Shown one piece after another: positions 47,843 through 61,515 of a stretch of DNA of 64,000 nucleotides; position 1 is the first letter of the stretch, and every line of letters starts with the position of its first letter. The notes under the pieces are model-generated. The model had not been told where the DNA came from and ran no database searches. It saw nothing but the letters and a program-made list of their open reading frames with translations. The stretch lies in the NCBI RefSeq assembly GCF_009834535.1, contig NC_045697.1:17052001-17116000 (forward strand), in the 5' to 3' direction. The translations under genes were made by a program, and so were the position numbers. This DNA comes from Camelus ferus (lineage: Eukaryota).

Positions 47843-50800
47843 GGTTTGGCAAATACTCCCATTTGAAGACCTTCCAAATATTTCTCTCCTCTCTCCCGAA
47901 TGAAGCCACCTCATTGTCAGTGAGATTTTACATAAATTTGCTTCAATGGTCACACAGGTTAAAAAAAAAAAATTAATAGCCTAAGAAGCTGGGGCAAAAG
48001 ACCAAAAAGTTAAAGCGCTTACAAGGCAAATAATTTGAAGAGGCAGGATAAAATCAAAAACAGAATTTCAATGGCCCCAGCCTCAGAATTTATAAAAGAC
48101 CAAGTCCTGACCTATGACAGAAATGAGAACTTTATTGGGCACGTAATTCAGAAAGGCAGGAAAGGCTGATACACAGAACACAATGAATGTCAGGTTAAGG
48201 ATTTAAATCTCAGCCTGACAGGGTCGGGAAAACCAATACAATAATGCCAACGAGAGGAAGAGGGGAAGGAGAGACGTGCTGTGCAAACCTAGTGAGATTT
48301 AGAACTCGGGCTGCATAACTAGCCCACATGGTAATTAAGACTCTAGAGGGCTTATTGAAATGAAAGCACAAGGGGCAGATGTGGATTTTGCTGCATGGAG
48401 CCAGGATACTTAACACAGTAAGAGTTTTCCCCGATTTTGGCTGGATCCTTTGGTAGCTGACAGCCAGACAGGCTTATAAACATCTTTGCGCTACCTGTTT
48501 TATAACAGTCGTGACTGACAGAAGGGAAACATTTTCAAAGTCCTTACGTGATGGTTTCATCTTCAGGTTTTCTATCTTGCTTCAGGAAAATACTTTTTGG
48601 GGTTATGATTTCACCATCCGATTGTAGGAAACTGAGTTCATTACAGGCATGAGGTCAAGGCTGAGTTGATCTCCAAGCCAATGATAAACTGGCATTACAG
48701 GCTTGTTTTATTTATAGAGACCCATGATATCAAATTAGGTGGAAAGGAGTAGAGAGAAGAATTCAGCTTTATTTAGAATAAGTGTCTCTGGAAGGCATCC
48801 ACAAACAGTTTTCTAAAGATGTAAGACAATGCCACGGGTTTTGTCTTTGCCTTTAGGAAAATCAGAGAAGAAAGTAAAACGCTCACACACTCCTGTGGTT
48901 ATGAGCTCATTCAAAGGGTCCATCTTCATATGAAAGTAAAGTAACCTGAGGAAAATAATGCATTCTGTTCATTTCCACTGCTTTTTCATATAATCCAATA
49001 AATAGACCCTGGGGGTCACTGACGCAGTTTGCCATACTAATTGGAGAAAATGAAACAAAGAAAGATTAGGGTTTTTTTCTTTTTTCTTTTTCTGTTTTTT
49101 AAGGACAGGCCTTTATTATAACTAGTTGCAACATGAAAATAAAACATCACATGCTAGAGGAATCATGAAAAAATGTAAGCCTACACAGAACAAATTCTTG
49201 GTTCCCGGGGTTTCTGCAATGCTCACTTACGGGAGATTTTTTAAGGCAATCCAAGAGCCCATCAATAACCTCATTATGATCCATCAAGAAAAACTCCCCT
49301 GGCCACTTGACATCCACCAAGTACCCAGAATAAAAAGAAAGGATGTCAGAGAAGCATCCACTTTCGGCTTCAGAATTCTTAATCCAAAGGAGGCGGTGAC
49401 TTTAAGAAACTCTTCGGTGAAACTAACATTTATAAGAATCGAGAAGGGAAACCTTCAGTAAAAATGTGGTGAGCAGAAGCTCTTGGGCCCTTAATATAGT
49501 TTATCTTTCACATAAAGGTATCTTGAAAACCTTTACACAAGTCCTTTATGGGGGAATAATTTCTGAGCCAGGGCAGACAATGGTCTTTCAAATCCATTCT
49601 CAGTTTAGAAAGCATTTGTAAGGAGGATTTTTTTTCCCCAGCCACCGCATGAGAGGTGTGTGATGCCCTTGGAAATCTCTGTAATTAACAATAAGCCTCT
49701 TTCACAATTGAAAGTGGACCCTCATACCCTAAAGTAGCACCGATGCTTCTATCTCTGACCTACACCCTTCGTTTTATGCAATGTCTTTGTAAATACCAAG
49801 GGCAAGAACAACCTGGAGAGAAATTTTCAAATTTTGGACCAGAGCCACCAAATCAATAATGGCGGAACAAAATGAATTATCAACCTCCACTGCTTCAATC
49901 ACAGGGAGAGGCAAGGAGTTCGCCAAAAGAGAAACTGCGGTCAATGTTAAGAAACAGAATGAATTGACTTTGAGGTAAGCTTATATCTAATTAAATGAGA
50001 CTGGGGGCAAAGTCAAGGTAGACTCATCCGCAGCTGATAAGGAAGTGATCAGAGGCAGGTGACTCAGCTCAATCTAACTGCGTTTTCCAAACCAGAAGGG
50101 AAAGCAGAAAGGGTTATGGGAGGAGGTGGGGGACACAGGGAGGAAACAGTGAAGTTTTTCAGAGGGAGTTTTCCCTCATCCTGGTACTGTATGTAGTAAG
50201 TACCTCAAACTCTCACCGCTAGCAATGAAGTTACCATCAACATTTAAAGGTTCAGTCTTAGCAGAAAGGAACAAAGCCCTGGCTGTGTCAGGGGCCTATG
50301 GCTGAATACAGCAGGAGAAGAGAACCATGAGGTATACCTACCACTGGTTTCTCGTAGTTAACCTAGGTTTCTGGGGGGTGAAGCCTCTGTCATGCATATG
50401 GAAGCTTATCACGAGGCTGTGGTTCCCAGACTCCTGGATCATACCGTCAGCAGCCCCCCACGGGGTGCCGTGTGAGTCTGGGGGAGGTAAACAAGATACA
50501 TCTAAAGGACGAAGGCATCCTGATGGGTTTCACCACGTATTCCCTGTGGATTTGGCACTAGTATAGTCATAAAATGGGGTACAACTGCCCACCGATGATA
50601 ACACCCTTTTTTTTTTAAGAGGAAGGGGGGTTTCCAAGAACCACATGCAGTACCCTGAGTTGTACATGGAAATGCGGTGTGCGAAGCCCAGTTAACATCT
50701 GCTTTTAGCCTAGAGGCCTCGTCAGGACCAAAAGCCTAAGCAAAGAAATGAAATCCCACTCTCTTATCCGACTTACCAGGTCCACACTGACCTCTAGTTA

Positions 50801-52129
50801 CAGTGGTAACTTGCACTAGGGAAATTTACATGAAACTTTCAGGGCAGGCACTCAGATCAAAGAAACATCTTTCCTCCACTGTGCCCCAAGCCTAACAGAT
50901 AGTAACATTTCAGCTCCCTTTTGCAAATACACAGTGTTCTTTAAATGTATATAAGTGATACCCAGGGCTTTTGAAACATTCTTAAATAGCTCAGGGTGAC
51001 TCACCATTTTCTGGTCCTAATTATATGTTCAAAAATCCCTTTAAAAGTCACAAAATCTCAGTACTTTCAATGCTTTTAAATGGCAAAAGGGTTTGCCACG
51101 ACGGAGCGGGCCTGACAAGGCCAGTGAGAAATTAACGTGAACACTGAGACAGATTTTGGCCCTTCTATAGACCTAAATTCACAAGAGCTGTGCACACCTT
51201 TATCAGGAAATTATAGATCTTATTGTTGGGGAACTGGGTGGCAGGTGCCAGAAACATTTAAATTCGCTCCATTTCCAATTCATGAGGCCCATTGTAGCTT
51301 GGTATTCCAGTTTTATTAGATTTGTGCATTTAGCCGGGAGCCTATTATTATAATAAAATACAAAATACAATTACTGTTTTCTTGCAGTGAGAACCTCAGA
51401 ATTATCTAACACTTTATTGTTTCCCCATCAAAAGAAATCCCAAGTTTAGAATTTTTTTTAGACTTAAAGAAATGTTGCTTCCTCTTTCTACTTTCGATAA
51501 TGGTTCTTGCTTTATGCTGCTTAACAGGAAAAGAAAAAGGAATTGAGCTGGAGGCCATAAGTCACATCGGTTTTCCTTTAATTACAGTATTATACTTATA
51601 TTTCTCATATTTTCTACCGTTATCTCTGTCGAGCCAAATCTCCATTCCTCATCCAGTGCTCATTAATTGAGATGGTTTTTGGGGAAAGCTGATATATAGA
51701 TGTGAGTTTCATCCAGCCAAGTGCTCACCTACTATTACACACCAAATGGAGTTCAATACCCGTAATGGTCAATTTAGCTACTTGTCATATGATATCCACT
51801 CCTTCATCCATTCCTAACTGATGCTCTTAAAATTCCTCTTTTCTCCTCTCTCTATCCACTTCATGTTACTATTTTCTCTATTTGTCAGAGAATGAAAATG
51901 TTTTAAAAATATGGAGGGGGAGTCACATCAGATATGAAACACCACAAAATTATGCTCAGATCACTGATTTCAGAGTTGGAAGGGGCCTGATAGATTGTGT
52001 CATCCAGGCTGTCATTTTCCAGAGGAGGACAGCATGACCCAGGAAGATCATTCAGTTAAGGGTAGAAGTCAGGACCTGTCACCAGTGAGCCCTAACTCTG
52101 TGCCCAGCAGCCAGTGGCATCACCTCCCA

Positions 52130-52520
52130 TAATCTTGAAGACATCCTCACGAGGTAGGTGTTAATACTTCTTCCATTTTGGAGATGAAGGACACTGATGC
52201 ACAGAGAGGTTAGCTAATTGCTCAAAGAGACACACACAGATAATACATGGCAGAAGCAAGATTCAAACCCAAATTTTTCTGATTACAGAGCCTTACCTCT
52301 AACCACTACACATTACTACAAAGACATCACTAGTGGTGCTATTTTACAGTAAATAAAATAAAGCATAGACTCGGGTATGAAAAGCTATGGGTTTGACTCC
52401 TGGCTCTGTCACTGATTGGCTAGGGAACTTCCATGAAGATTACCAACTGCCCTGAGAGGACCTCACTGGCCAAACAGAGATAATAACAACCACTTGGAAG
52501 GGTTATGGGGAAAGCCAAAT
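52130..52520. mobile_element. Two MIRs head-to-head (- at ~52130-52320, + at ~52360-52520)
   Basis: ccattttggagatgaaggacactgatgcacagagaggtt...gattcaaaccca; tgggtttgactcctggctctgtcactga. Confidence 0.7.
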
Positions 52521-53509
52521 AAGATCATTCAGCCATTCATCAAACATGTACGAGCACTTACCATGCATCAGGTATTATTAAAGAGCTAAGGATGCAGTGT
52601 CACAGCTCCGGTGCCCCATCCTCAAACCCAAACCCAAAGCAACACAATAGGGGCCTGGTGGCAACGGTGGGGTAGAGAGGAGCTGACTGTGGCTCTGTGT
52701 TAGCTGGAGAGAGAGGTGGGCTCTGTCTGGCTGGCTTTTTTCTCTCCGACTCTCCACGTCTCTGTTTCTCTGCATGTATGTGAAATACAAGAGCTCATTT
52801 TGGTCACTGGAGTGACCATATATAGTATAAGAAAGTTTCCATTTCTTAGGAGCCTTTTACCCATCCCTCACCGGGCATTTTTTTTCCTCTCCAGAAGACC
52901 CCTTAAGGGAATCTAATCAAACCAAGGTTTTATGCGTGTGTGTCTGCATGTGTCTGTGATTACTGTGTCCCCATATTTTTATTAATGTAGATATTCTTGG
53001 GAAATTTTTACCTTGTATTCTCCATAGATACATTCTCTCTAATTTACTAAAGCTGAGAAAATACTGATAGTTTACATTTGAGCCCTTACTGTGTTGCAGG
53101 CTCTGTACCAACACAGCCCATGTAGTATTTTCAGACACAGCTACTAGTAAAAGGACTGGAATATCAAGCACTTAATCAGAAATTTCGACTCCTTACTCTA
53201 AAGAAGCCTGCACTGGAAAGTCAGGTTTCACTTACTCTGATTTTTTTTAGCCACACAGTAATTTTTTATTGAGCATCTACTGTGGACCGAGCACCAAGCT
53301 CGCAGAGATTCTGCTCTCACAGAGCTCAGAGTTTGGTGAGGGGAAAAAACATGCCAAGGAATTGTGATCAACAAATTGGGATTGTGCTATAATTGAGATG
53401 AGATGTGGTGGTGCACAGAGAAAAGGTCGGTGAGTACTCTCTCTCTTAGAAAATGAGGTGAGGCTTCCGAAGCCTCCTCTGTGAAAACAGACCACAGATG
53501 TTTAGGGGC

Positions 53510-53660
53510 TTGTGATCCTAGTTACCGCTCTACCACTGACTTTCTGTGTGATCCTGGGCAAGTCACTTGACTTTCCTAAGCCCCTAGAGTCCCATACCCT
53601 AAAATAAGGTTAGGGATAGGAAGTAAGGGTAAGGCTACCCACCCTCAATGCAGTCATGAG
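53510..53660 (+). mobile_element. MIR SINE
   Basis: gctctaccactgactttctgtgtgatcctgggcaagtcacttgac. Confidence 0.7.
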
Positions 53661-56149
53661 GATGACACTCCTCTGCAGGAGTTAGAATCTGAGACCTACA
53701 CATGTCAGGGGAAAGAGTTGTGTAGGCAGAATTCAGCCTCCACAGTAAGTCGTTAGCTGGCCTTTGGGAGTAAAAAAACATGGTGCCAAAGCCAAATCAC
53801 TTTTCTTTGCACTCTGGAATCTCACTTAAGGTGGCCAGTGGGTGCACACCCTGAAATGGGGTACAAGGGAGACACTTGAGGCTGCTGGTCCCCTGGGGCA
53901 TCTCCATTTCCACCATCCTCTCCATGTGCCGCCTTCTCACGGCTCCTGTGCCCCGTTCCCTAACTCAAACCCAAGCAGCAAGATGGATGCCGGGTGATGG
54001 TGGAGGCATGGAAGGGAGCGGACTGTGTGGGTCTGTGTTAGATGTCGAGGGAGATGATGTCTGTCTGTCTTGCTCTCTCTCCTGACTCTCCATGCCTTTG
54101 TTTCTCTGCATCAACTTCTCCAACTCTCTCCCCCACCCTCTGCACCCCGAGTCTCTCCCCAATTTTATCCTTGAATCTCAGTAAATTAAACAAAGAGAAG
54201 GTGGACTTCACTCTGTGTTAAGATGCTTTGCGTCGACGGAAAGTGGAGTACAAATACCGGTGACTGCTACTAGTTCAGGTTAATGCCGTTCAAAGCCTCC
54301 CCGTAATTTTCCAGAAAGGTATGTCTTAGGCTGAAGCCCACAAGGACTATATAATAGACTCTGGAAGAACTAGAAGCCAAGGAGAAGGAGTCTTAAATCA
54401 GAGGCTTAGAGGCACAGAAGTTCTGTGTGTCAGGTGAGAGGAGGACTTGAATGCTTACTTCTCTTTTAATTATCTGATGCTCACACTACCCTCCTTTGTT
54501 GCCTTCAGCTAGAGCTGATAAGGAAAGACACCAATAAATATCTTGGCGGTCTGAAGGGAGAAGCCATGTTTCATGGGACTCCCTGCTTCTACAGCTGTTG
54601 TTAAAATATTACTGCTAATTAGCTGGCTAGTTATATATAAACCCTTACAAAGGAGTATTTTTACACAATCATAAAATAAATTAAACTACCAAAAATTCAC
54701 GCTGTTAATTAAAATAACCCCTGTAGGAGGGGGAAAAAATCGCTACAAGGCTGAGGTAAACAGGAGGCAATTTCACCAGCACAAACTGATTAATTTTATT
54801 TCCCATTACATGTATTTGCTAATATCATCAAAATTAGGAAATAAAGCAATTTTGCCTTGACAGGAGTTCCAACGGAGGTGGTCCCTAGCAGAGGAATGCA
54901 GGTAGTCAGACATACCCTTGGCCTGAGGGCAGCTCTCAAAGACACCTCTCCGGAGGGCCACACACCAGGTGGGCTGAGAGAGAAAGGGGCATCTCCCCAG
55001 GCCACCGAGCTCTGGGACCATCCGTGACATGACCCGTCCCAGCCCCCTCCCAAGCAAAGATAAAAACATTTATGGATACAGGGGAAACTATGATGCTGAG
55101 GGGTGGCTGGAGGGTGTAGAAAATGAACAAATCCACCCCCAGGTCCAGGAAGGGCCAAGATAATTTACTCTTAATTTATGAACATGCTTTGCATACCCTC
55201 TCCTGCACGTTTCTCCTGCCCCAGATATTACAGTGGGCTTGTACTATTCTGAAGTCTGTGTATAATTCCTCCACTTTAAATAATTACCCAAACCCTTTGT
55301 GGATCATTCTTTTATAAAAGATCACAAGGGGTTAATCAAAAAGCCTAGAAAAGACTTTTGTAACAAAAACAAACCAAAAAAAAAAAGGCTATTTAGGAAA
55401 GAATGAACTCAACCTTCAAGTTCTTTCCTCGTTGTCTGCCAGCCAAGTTAAATGATAGACTTTGATTCAGCAGGAGAACCCCTCTAGACACATAACATTT
55501 TAATCACCCCTGATCTCCCCGCCCCAAATTGTTCAAAGCAAGTATTCACCTGAAAGTATATCCCTAAGAAGCCTAAATAGGCTACCTCGTACCCCTTTTG
55601 GTCAACCAGAAATACTCCCCATTGTTTTGGATCCATCATCTGTTTGGTTATTTTCTAGCATCTTTAGGTGGCGTTCATTCACGCCTCTACCCCTTAAAAT
55701 TCATCTACAGACACAAATCTCATGTGGCACCTCGTTTTACGAGATGGCTCTTCACGAAGACTCACAGGCTTTGTCAACAGGACACCAAACATCTGGAAGA
55801 AGAGGCAAAACTTGGGGCCTCACTCCAGATGTTTTATCTTTGCAACTCCAAACATCCAGATGTTCAGAGGGGGAAAAATACCAGCGTTTTATAAATAATG
55901 CTCTGCCTTTGACAAAGAAAATGAACAGGTGCAGGAACGATCCAAAAGAGCAGATAAAATGGAAAATACTCATTGTGGCTTCTGTGCGGGTTGGGGTATT
56001 TTAGTCCTGTCATTGTGCTCTGCTGTAAAGGTTTCTTCCAAGCAGCATTTGGGACAGATTTATGATAACATTAGTCCCCAGCTATTAGGGAGGCGATCGT
56101 CAGGGTGTCTGCGGCATGCCAGAGCCCCAGCACAAAGTCCTGTGGATTC

Positions 56150-56650
56150 TCTCTCTTTAAAAGCTCCAGCCCGCTACTGCTGCCCGGGTGAAAGATCTCT
56201 TTCCTCCTCATCCTGACCGCGGCCCAGCCCTTACATCGGATGTTCCTGCTTCCGCCCTTCACCTCCACACGGCAGCCAACTGACTGTGCTCAAGCTGCAG
56301 CTGAGGATCTCAGGCTCCCTCAAAGCCTCCTCCTCTTCAGGACGAAGCCCAACATCTCTGCACAGTCTGCCAGGCTCTTGGCCAGCGCGTGATGCTCACT
56401 GTGGACACCGGCCCCGTGCTCCAGCCTGTGGAGGATAACTTGCTGTGTTCTCGAATATCCCTGTAAATCCTCATGCCTGCCTGTCTGTGTAGTTGCAGTT
56501 TCCCAAGCCAGGACACCAGCTTGGAAAAGGCCACTCTTTTTTCACGAGGATTCAGGAGTTACCTTCTCCAGAAAGCTTGCTCTGGCCTCCCAGCAGGATC
56601 ACTTGCTCCATCCTTGATGCTCTCGGCGAGTGTATCTCAGGGTGTTCTCT
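56150..56650 (+). mobile_element. L2 fragment
   Basis: Pyrimidine-rich; gttaccttctccagaaagcttgctctggcctccca. Confidence 0.5.
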
Positions 56651-57089
56651 CTGTCCACTGATCCGATCTGGTCCACAGCTAACCACGACCAAGTCTGTCC
56701 TGTCACCCACTAACTAGCTCTTAAATTCCCTACAACAGCCTATATCTTAAAACAAAGACGGAAATCAATAGCCCCCAAAGCCCTGCTGATCTCACCCACC
56801 TCTGCAGTCTGGACTCCAGTCCTGCTGGGCTCCATCACCCCATTTCAGCAGTTATCATCCCCTCTGATTGGGATGCTACCCCGACCCCTCCCCTTCCAAC
56901 CTCAGAACCTTTCATTCGCACTCATCCCTCACAGCTCAGAGAAAACAGTCTGTTAGCTATAGAAACATTTCCCAATCCCTCTTTTCCACCCAATTTGAGT
57001 CAGCTTTTGTGGTTATGGACACACAAAACCATGTCCCTTTCCTTCATTACACTTAAGTCAGTGCAGTCTTATTATATATTTATTAAGGT

Positions 57090-57240
57090 GAAATTTTGAT
57101 TGTCTTTCCCTTCCATTAGACTACAAGCTCCACTGAGAGCAGAGATGCTGCTCTGGCTCCATTGTATCCCCAGCTCCTAGCAAGGTACCTGGTTCATCAT
57201 AACTGCTTATAAATGTTTGTTGAATGAATAAATGCATGTT
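57090..57240 (+). mobile_element. L2 3' end
   Basis: cattagactacaagctcc...ttgtatccccagctcctagca...aaatgtttgttgaatgaataaatg. Confidence 0.85.
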
Positions 57241-57369
57241 TATATCCATGAAACATATCACTGTGACCATAATTCGCTCCCTGAGGGCAGAAGCTGTATT
57301 TTATTCATAGGTGGGTGCCGCCACAGGTGGGTTCTCAGGATGTGCTTGTTGAAGGAATATTGAGTGTGG

Positions 57370-57560
57370 ATTCAGAGAGGCAAATTTTAACAATTCGAGA
57401 GAGTGGTTCAACAGTTAAGCATCCTCTTTCCCATAACCATGAGCTCCTCATCTCTGGAATCATTCAAGGATAGGACAGATTGACCATGCCAGAAATACAG
57501 CAATTCAACCAGTGGACTTGATCATCTCCCATATCCTTTCCAGCCCTTGTGTTCTATGGT
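57370..57560 (+). mobile_element. L3/CR1 3' end
   Basis: tgagctcctcatctctggaatcattcaag ... tcctttccagcccttgtgttctatg. Confidence 0.6.
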
Positions 57561-58399
57561 GCAACTAGAAAGGACTAGAAAGAGAGTGGATGTAAGGAAG
57601 AGAGATCTGCAAAACATGAGTGAAATTGCAACCCTCCCACCCCTCAGATAGGAGAGTTTCAGAACAAATGGGAAGAGGAGGATTTTGCCAAGGTTCTCTT
57701 AATTGCTAGCAGGTAGCAGACTTGAGATGCTCTGTAAAATATGCGTGTGATGGCTGAAAGGGAGATGTCAAAGATTACAGTCTTAACTCCCTGTCTGATG
57801 TCTACGCCTTCATTCTTAGCCTGGCCCTTATTTCTAGATTTAGATACAGCTCAAAAGAGACTCAGACTTTGAAGACCCAGGCAGAAAATTGTGCTAGTCA
57901 CATGGAATCATTTTGACTGTTTTCTCAGCTGTTTCCTAAGAAAACAGATTTAACATTTGTCACCTTCATTTCCCAAGAAGGAGAGCGATTTCACTTTCTC
58001 CTGAAGCAAAAACCACAAGGTGGATTTGGCAGGGGCTGAGTGCAGAGCAGGGTTCAGAGGAATGGTGTGTTGAGGGTTTCTGTGTTTTTATAGTCTTTCT
58101 AGATTTTCACATTCAAGAAGCTGGGTGGACTGCCCACACCTCTACAGAGGGCTTCCTGATAGTGAGCCCACCCGGAAACTTCTCCTCCATCCCCCTCACC
58201 CTTTCTCTTTCCCTGCTCCCTGTTCCACATCTTTGGCCATAATTAGTCAGCTTCTGGAATATAAGAATGGCTGGGGGATGGAAGTGGAGGGGAAGAGAAG
58301 GATGAACCAGAATTAAGCAACACATGATGAAACGGGCCCACAGGACTGCCTTTTGTTTCTCTGCAGGCTAAATTGACAGGTCATATATCAGGTCATATC

Positions 58400-58640
58400 A
58401 TCAAATCATCAATTTTTGACTATGTATCCTACACTGTATTTTTACATATATATTAGTCCACTGATTTTCAATTGCTTTACAAGTTAAGGAGTATTATTTT
58501 TATTTACCAGGTGAAAAATTTAAGGTTTAGACAAACCAAAAATCTTGCCCAGAGTCACATCAACGAGTGACCATTAGTGTTGTAGCCCAGACTCAAACCC
58601 AGGTTTCCTGCCTCCAAATTCAGGTCTGCTAACTACATCT
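58400..58640 (-). mobile_element. MIR SINE
   Basis: cttgcccagagtcacatc...gactcaaacccaggtttcctgcctccaaa. Confidence 0.7.
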
Positions 58641-58707
58641 GAACAATCTCAGAGAGACTCAGTGAAGTTCTTCATTAACAAACACTCAGTTCGCTGTCAC
58701 ACTAGAT

Positions 58708-58921
58708 CAACCAAGTCTGCTACCTGCCAGCGATTTTGCTCCCAAGGGGACATTCAGGAATGCCTGGAGACATTTTTGTTGGTCACAAGGGGGAGGTGCT
58801 ACCATCACTGAGCAAATAGAGGCTAGAAAAGCTGCAAACATCCTGCAATCCACAGGACAGCCCTCACAACAAAAAATGATCAGGTCTTAAATATTAATAG
58901 TGCCGAAGTTTGGAAACTTTG
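58708..58921 (+). mobile_element. MER20 DNA transposon
   Basis: gattttgctcccaaggggacatt...ggagacatttttg...aaacatcctgcaatccacaggacagccctcacaacaaa; similar to the 26312 copy. Confidence 0.8.
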
Positions 58922-60576
58922 TACTGGACGCCCCCCATTCTTATGTAAATGAGTTCTCTGCCGCCAGCTTTTGACCTTCTATGTTTAACAGGGAATTGTA
59001 ACTTCTGGATAGACAGTTATGTGTTTAACAATGTCTGGAATTGGCCAAGGTTCTTTGTAAGGATGAAAAAAAAAAAAAGAGGGAGAAGAAAAAGAAAGAG
59101 AAAAAAGAAAATGAACAAGAAAGAGAGAAGGAGAAAACTAACATTAGAAGCCTAGACCGCAGCACTCACAGCACTCAACATGCTGGATGGCATCGTGGAA
59201 GTCCACCCCAGTGACAGCTCAACAGGCTGCTTTTGTGTCTTCATGAATAACACAATGTGCTGGGCAAATGCTTTTCCCCATTTAGAAACAGGTAGTTAAT
59301 GGGAATTGAAGTGATCCAATGCCATGTACCCCAAGGTTACTTACATCACAGGCATGGGTGGCCTGGAGCTCATAAATAAAGCATCGGAGCGTCTTATTTT
59401 AGGCCCCGGTCAGATAAGCAAAAGCTTGCATCATGTGAACGGAGCCCACAGCGCGATATGACACTGAGCCTGCTAATTTCAGGACCTCTTGGAATGTGAC
59501 ATTTCAAGCGCAGGACACTGAGTTCGTGCCCTGTGGAAGCTCCGTGGCCCACCATGCCTTAATTTTCCATCATCGCCTTGATTCAGCTGCCATGAGAGAG
59601 GCTGTCACCAAGCTGGACTTTAACTGATGCCAAGCTCGTTCCCTACTATACGGAAGTTAATTTGAGGCACATTTGCAACTTATAACTCTGATTTACTCAT
59701 TTGCTGGTACGAGGACCACACACAGCTTGTCAGCCCGCCAGCTCATACAGACTATTATCCTCGGAAAAGGTTTGGCCCAACTCATGACCCAGCTTGGCAG
59801 CTCAAAAAACAGCTGCTGGACAATGGCGGAATGTGGAGTTGAGTACAAGAAAAGAAAAATGTCTATTCTTTCCCGCACATTTTTACATATAATTATGTAA
59901 TCATATCCCTATTCAGATACTTTGACATAAATTGGGCTTAATTAAATTGTTGCTAATTTGTTGTTTTATTATTAGTTCATGGCTTGTTTGCTGATATCCA
60001 CCCACAAGCCGTGTGCAACACACACACAAACACACACACACTGATGCTCAGTCATACTAGTGTTGTTGTTTTGAAAGTAATGAAAATGTTCTCTGTGAAT
60101 AATTTATCTATTTGACAGAACCACGCAATTTTTCCAAGAGTGCTTATTCACGTGCTATACAAATGACTGGATGAATAACGCTAAGGTGATCATTTGCCGG
60201 TGTTACTGTCTCTTTTCTCATAAGACTTCTATACGCTGATCATATCAATCAAACAATGTACGTTCTGCATGAAATAAATTCTCCCTATTATAAAAAAAAA
60301 ATCTCCCATAATAAATATATTTCCCAATGATCAGTATGACACTTTTCCTCATTCAGACCCTGGGGCCCCATGAAAACATCTTCAATATACATTTGTAAAC
60401 TCGAATCTGGGATAAGACATATGGTCTGAATTATCCTATAGGGTTCTATAATTAGTTGGTCGTTGACTAAAAGCCACACCAAATCACCCATGAAACCATC
60501 TTCCGGGGGAAGGGCACATACCACCCCTCCCAGTCCACTTGGAATCTGTTCGGGTACCAACTCCTCTGCCTCTAAC

Positions 60577-61515
60577 ACAGTTTCTCAAAGTGTGGGCCTC
60601 AGAATGCCTGCCTGTTAGAAATAAAGATGATAATGAGCTCGTTGGGGTGCTTATTAGAAATGGAGATTCCAATGCTGGAGAGGGTGTGGAAAAAAGGGAA
60701 CCTTCCTACGCTGTTGGTGGGAATGTAGTTTGGTGCAGCCACTATGGAAGACAGTATAGAGATTCCTCAAAAAGCTAAAAATAGACTTACTATATGATCC
60801 AGCAGTCCCACTCCTGGGCATATATCTGGAGGGAACTCTAATTCAAAAAGACACATGCACCCCAATATTCATAGCAGCACTATATACAATAGTCAAGACA
60901 TGAAAACAACTTAAATGTACATCAACAGATGGCTGGATAAAGAAGCTGTGGTATATTTATACAGTGGAATACTACTCAGCCATAAAAAAGAATAAAATGA
61001 TGTCATTTGCAGCAACATAGATGGACTTGGAGATCATCATTCTAAGTGAAGTAAGCCAGAAAGAGAAAGAAAAATACTATATGATATCATTCATTTGTGG
61101 AATCTAAACAAAGAAAAAAGAAGACACTAATGAACTCATCTACAAAACAGAAACAGACTCACAGATATAGTAAACAATCTTATGGTTACCGGGGCAGGAA
61201 GGAGGTGGGAAGGGATAAACTGGGAGGTCAAGACTTGCAAATATTAACTACTACACAAAAAATAGATTTAAAAAAAAAATAATTTCTTCTGTATAGCACA
61301 GGGAACTACATCCAATATCTTGTAGTAACCTATAATGAAAAAGAATATGAAAATGAATATATGTATGCATATGTATGACTGAAACGTTATGCTGTACACC
61401 AGAAATTGACACATTGCAACTGACTATACTTCAATTTAAAAAAAAAGAAAGAAAGAAAGAAATGAAGATTTCGAGATGCCATGCCAAATCGATTAGATCA
61501 GAATCTCTGGGGGAA
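60577..61515. mobile_element. MER5A-like element split by the L1 insertion (left part ~60577-60668, right part ~61458-61515)
   Basis: cagtttctcaaagtgtgg...ttagaaatggagatt | agaaatgaagatt...atcagaatctctgggg. Confidence 0.65.
60669..61457 (+). mobile_element. 5'-truncated lineage-specific L1 (decayed ORF2 C-terminus, 3' UTR, A/(GAAA)n tail)
   Basis: Translates [50 protein letters not shown] (L1 ORF2 Cys-rich domain with a stop); 13-bp TSD agaaatg(g/a)agatt at 60656-60668 and 61458-61470. Confidence 0.95.
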
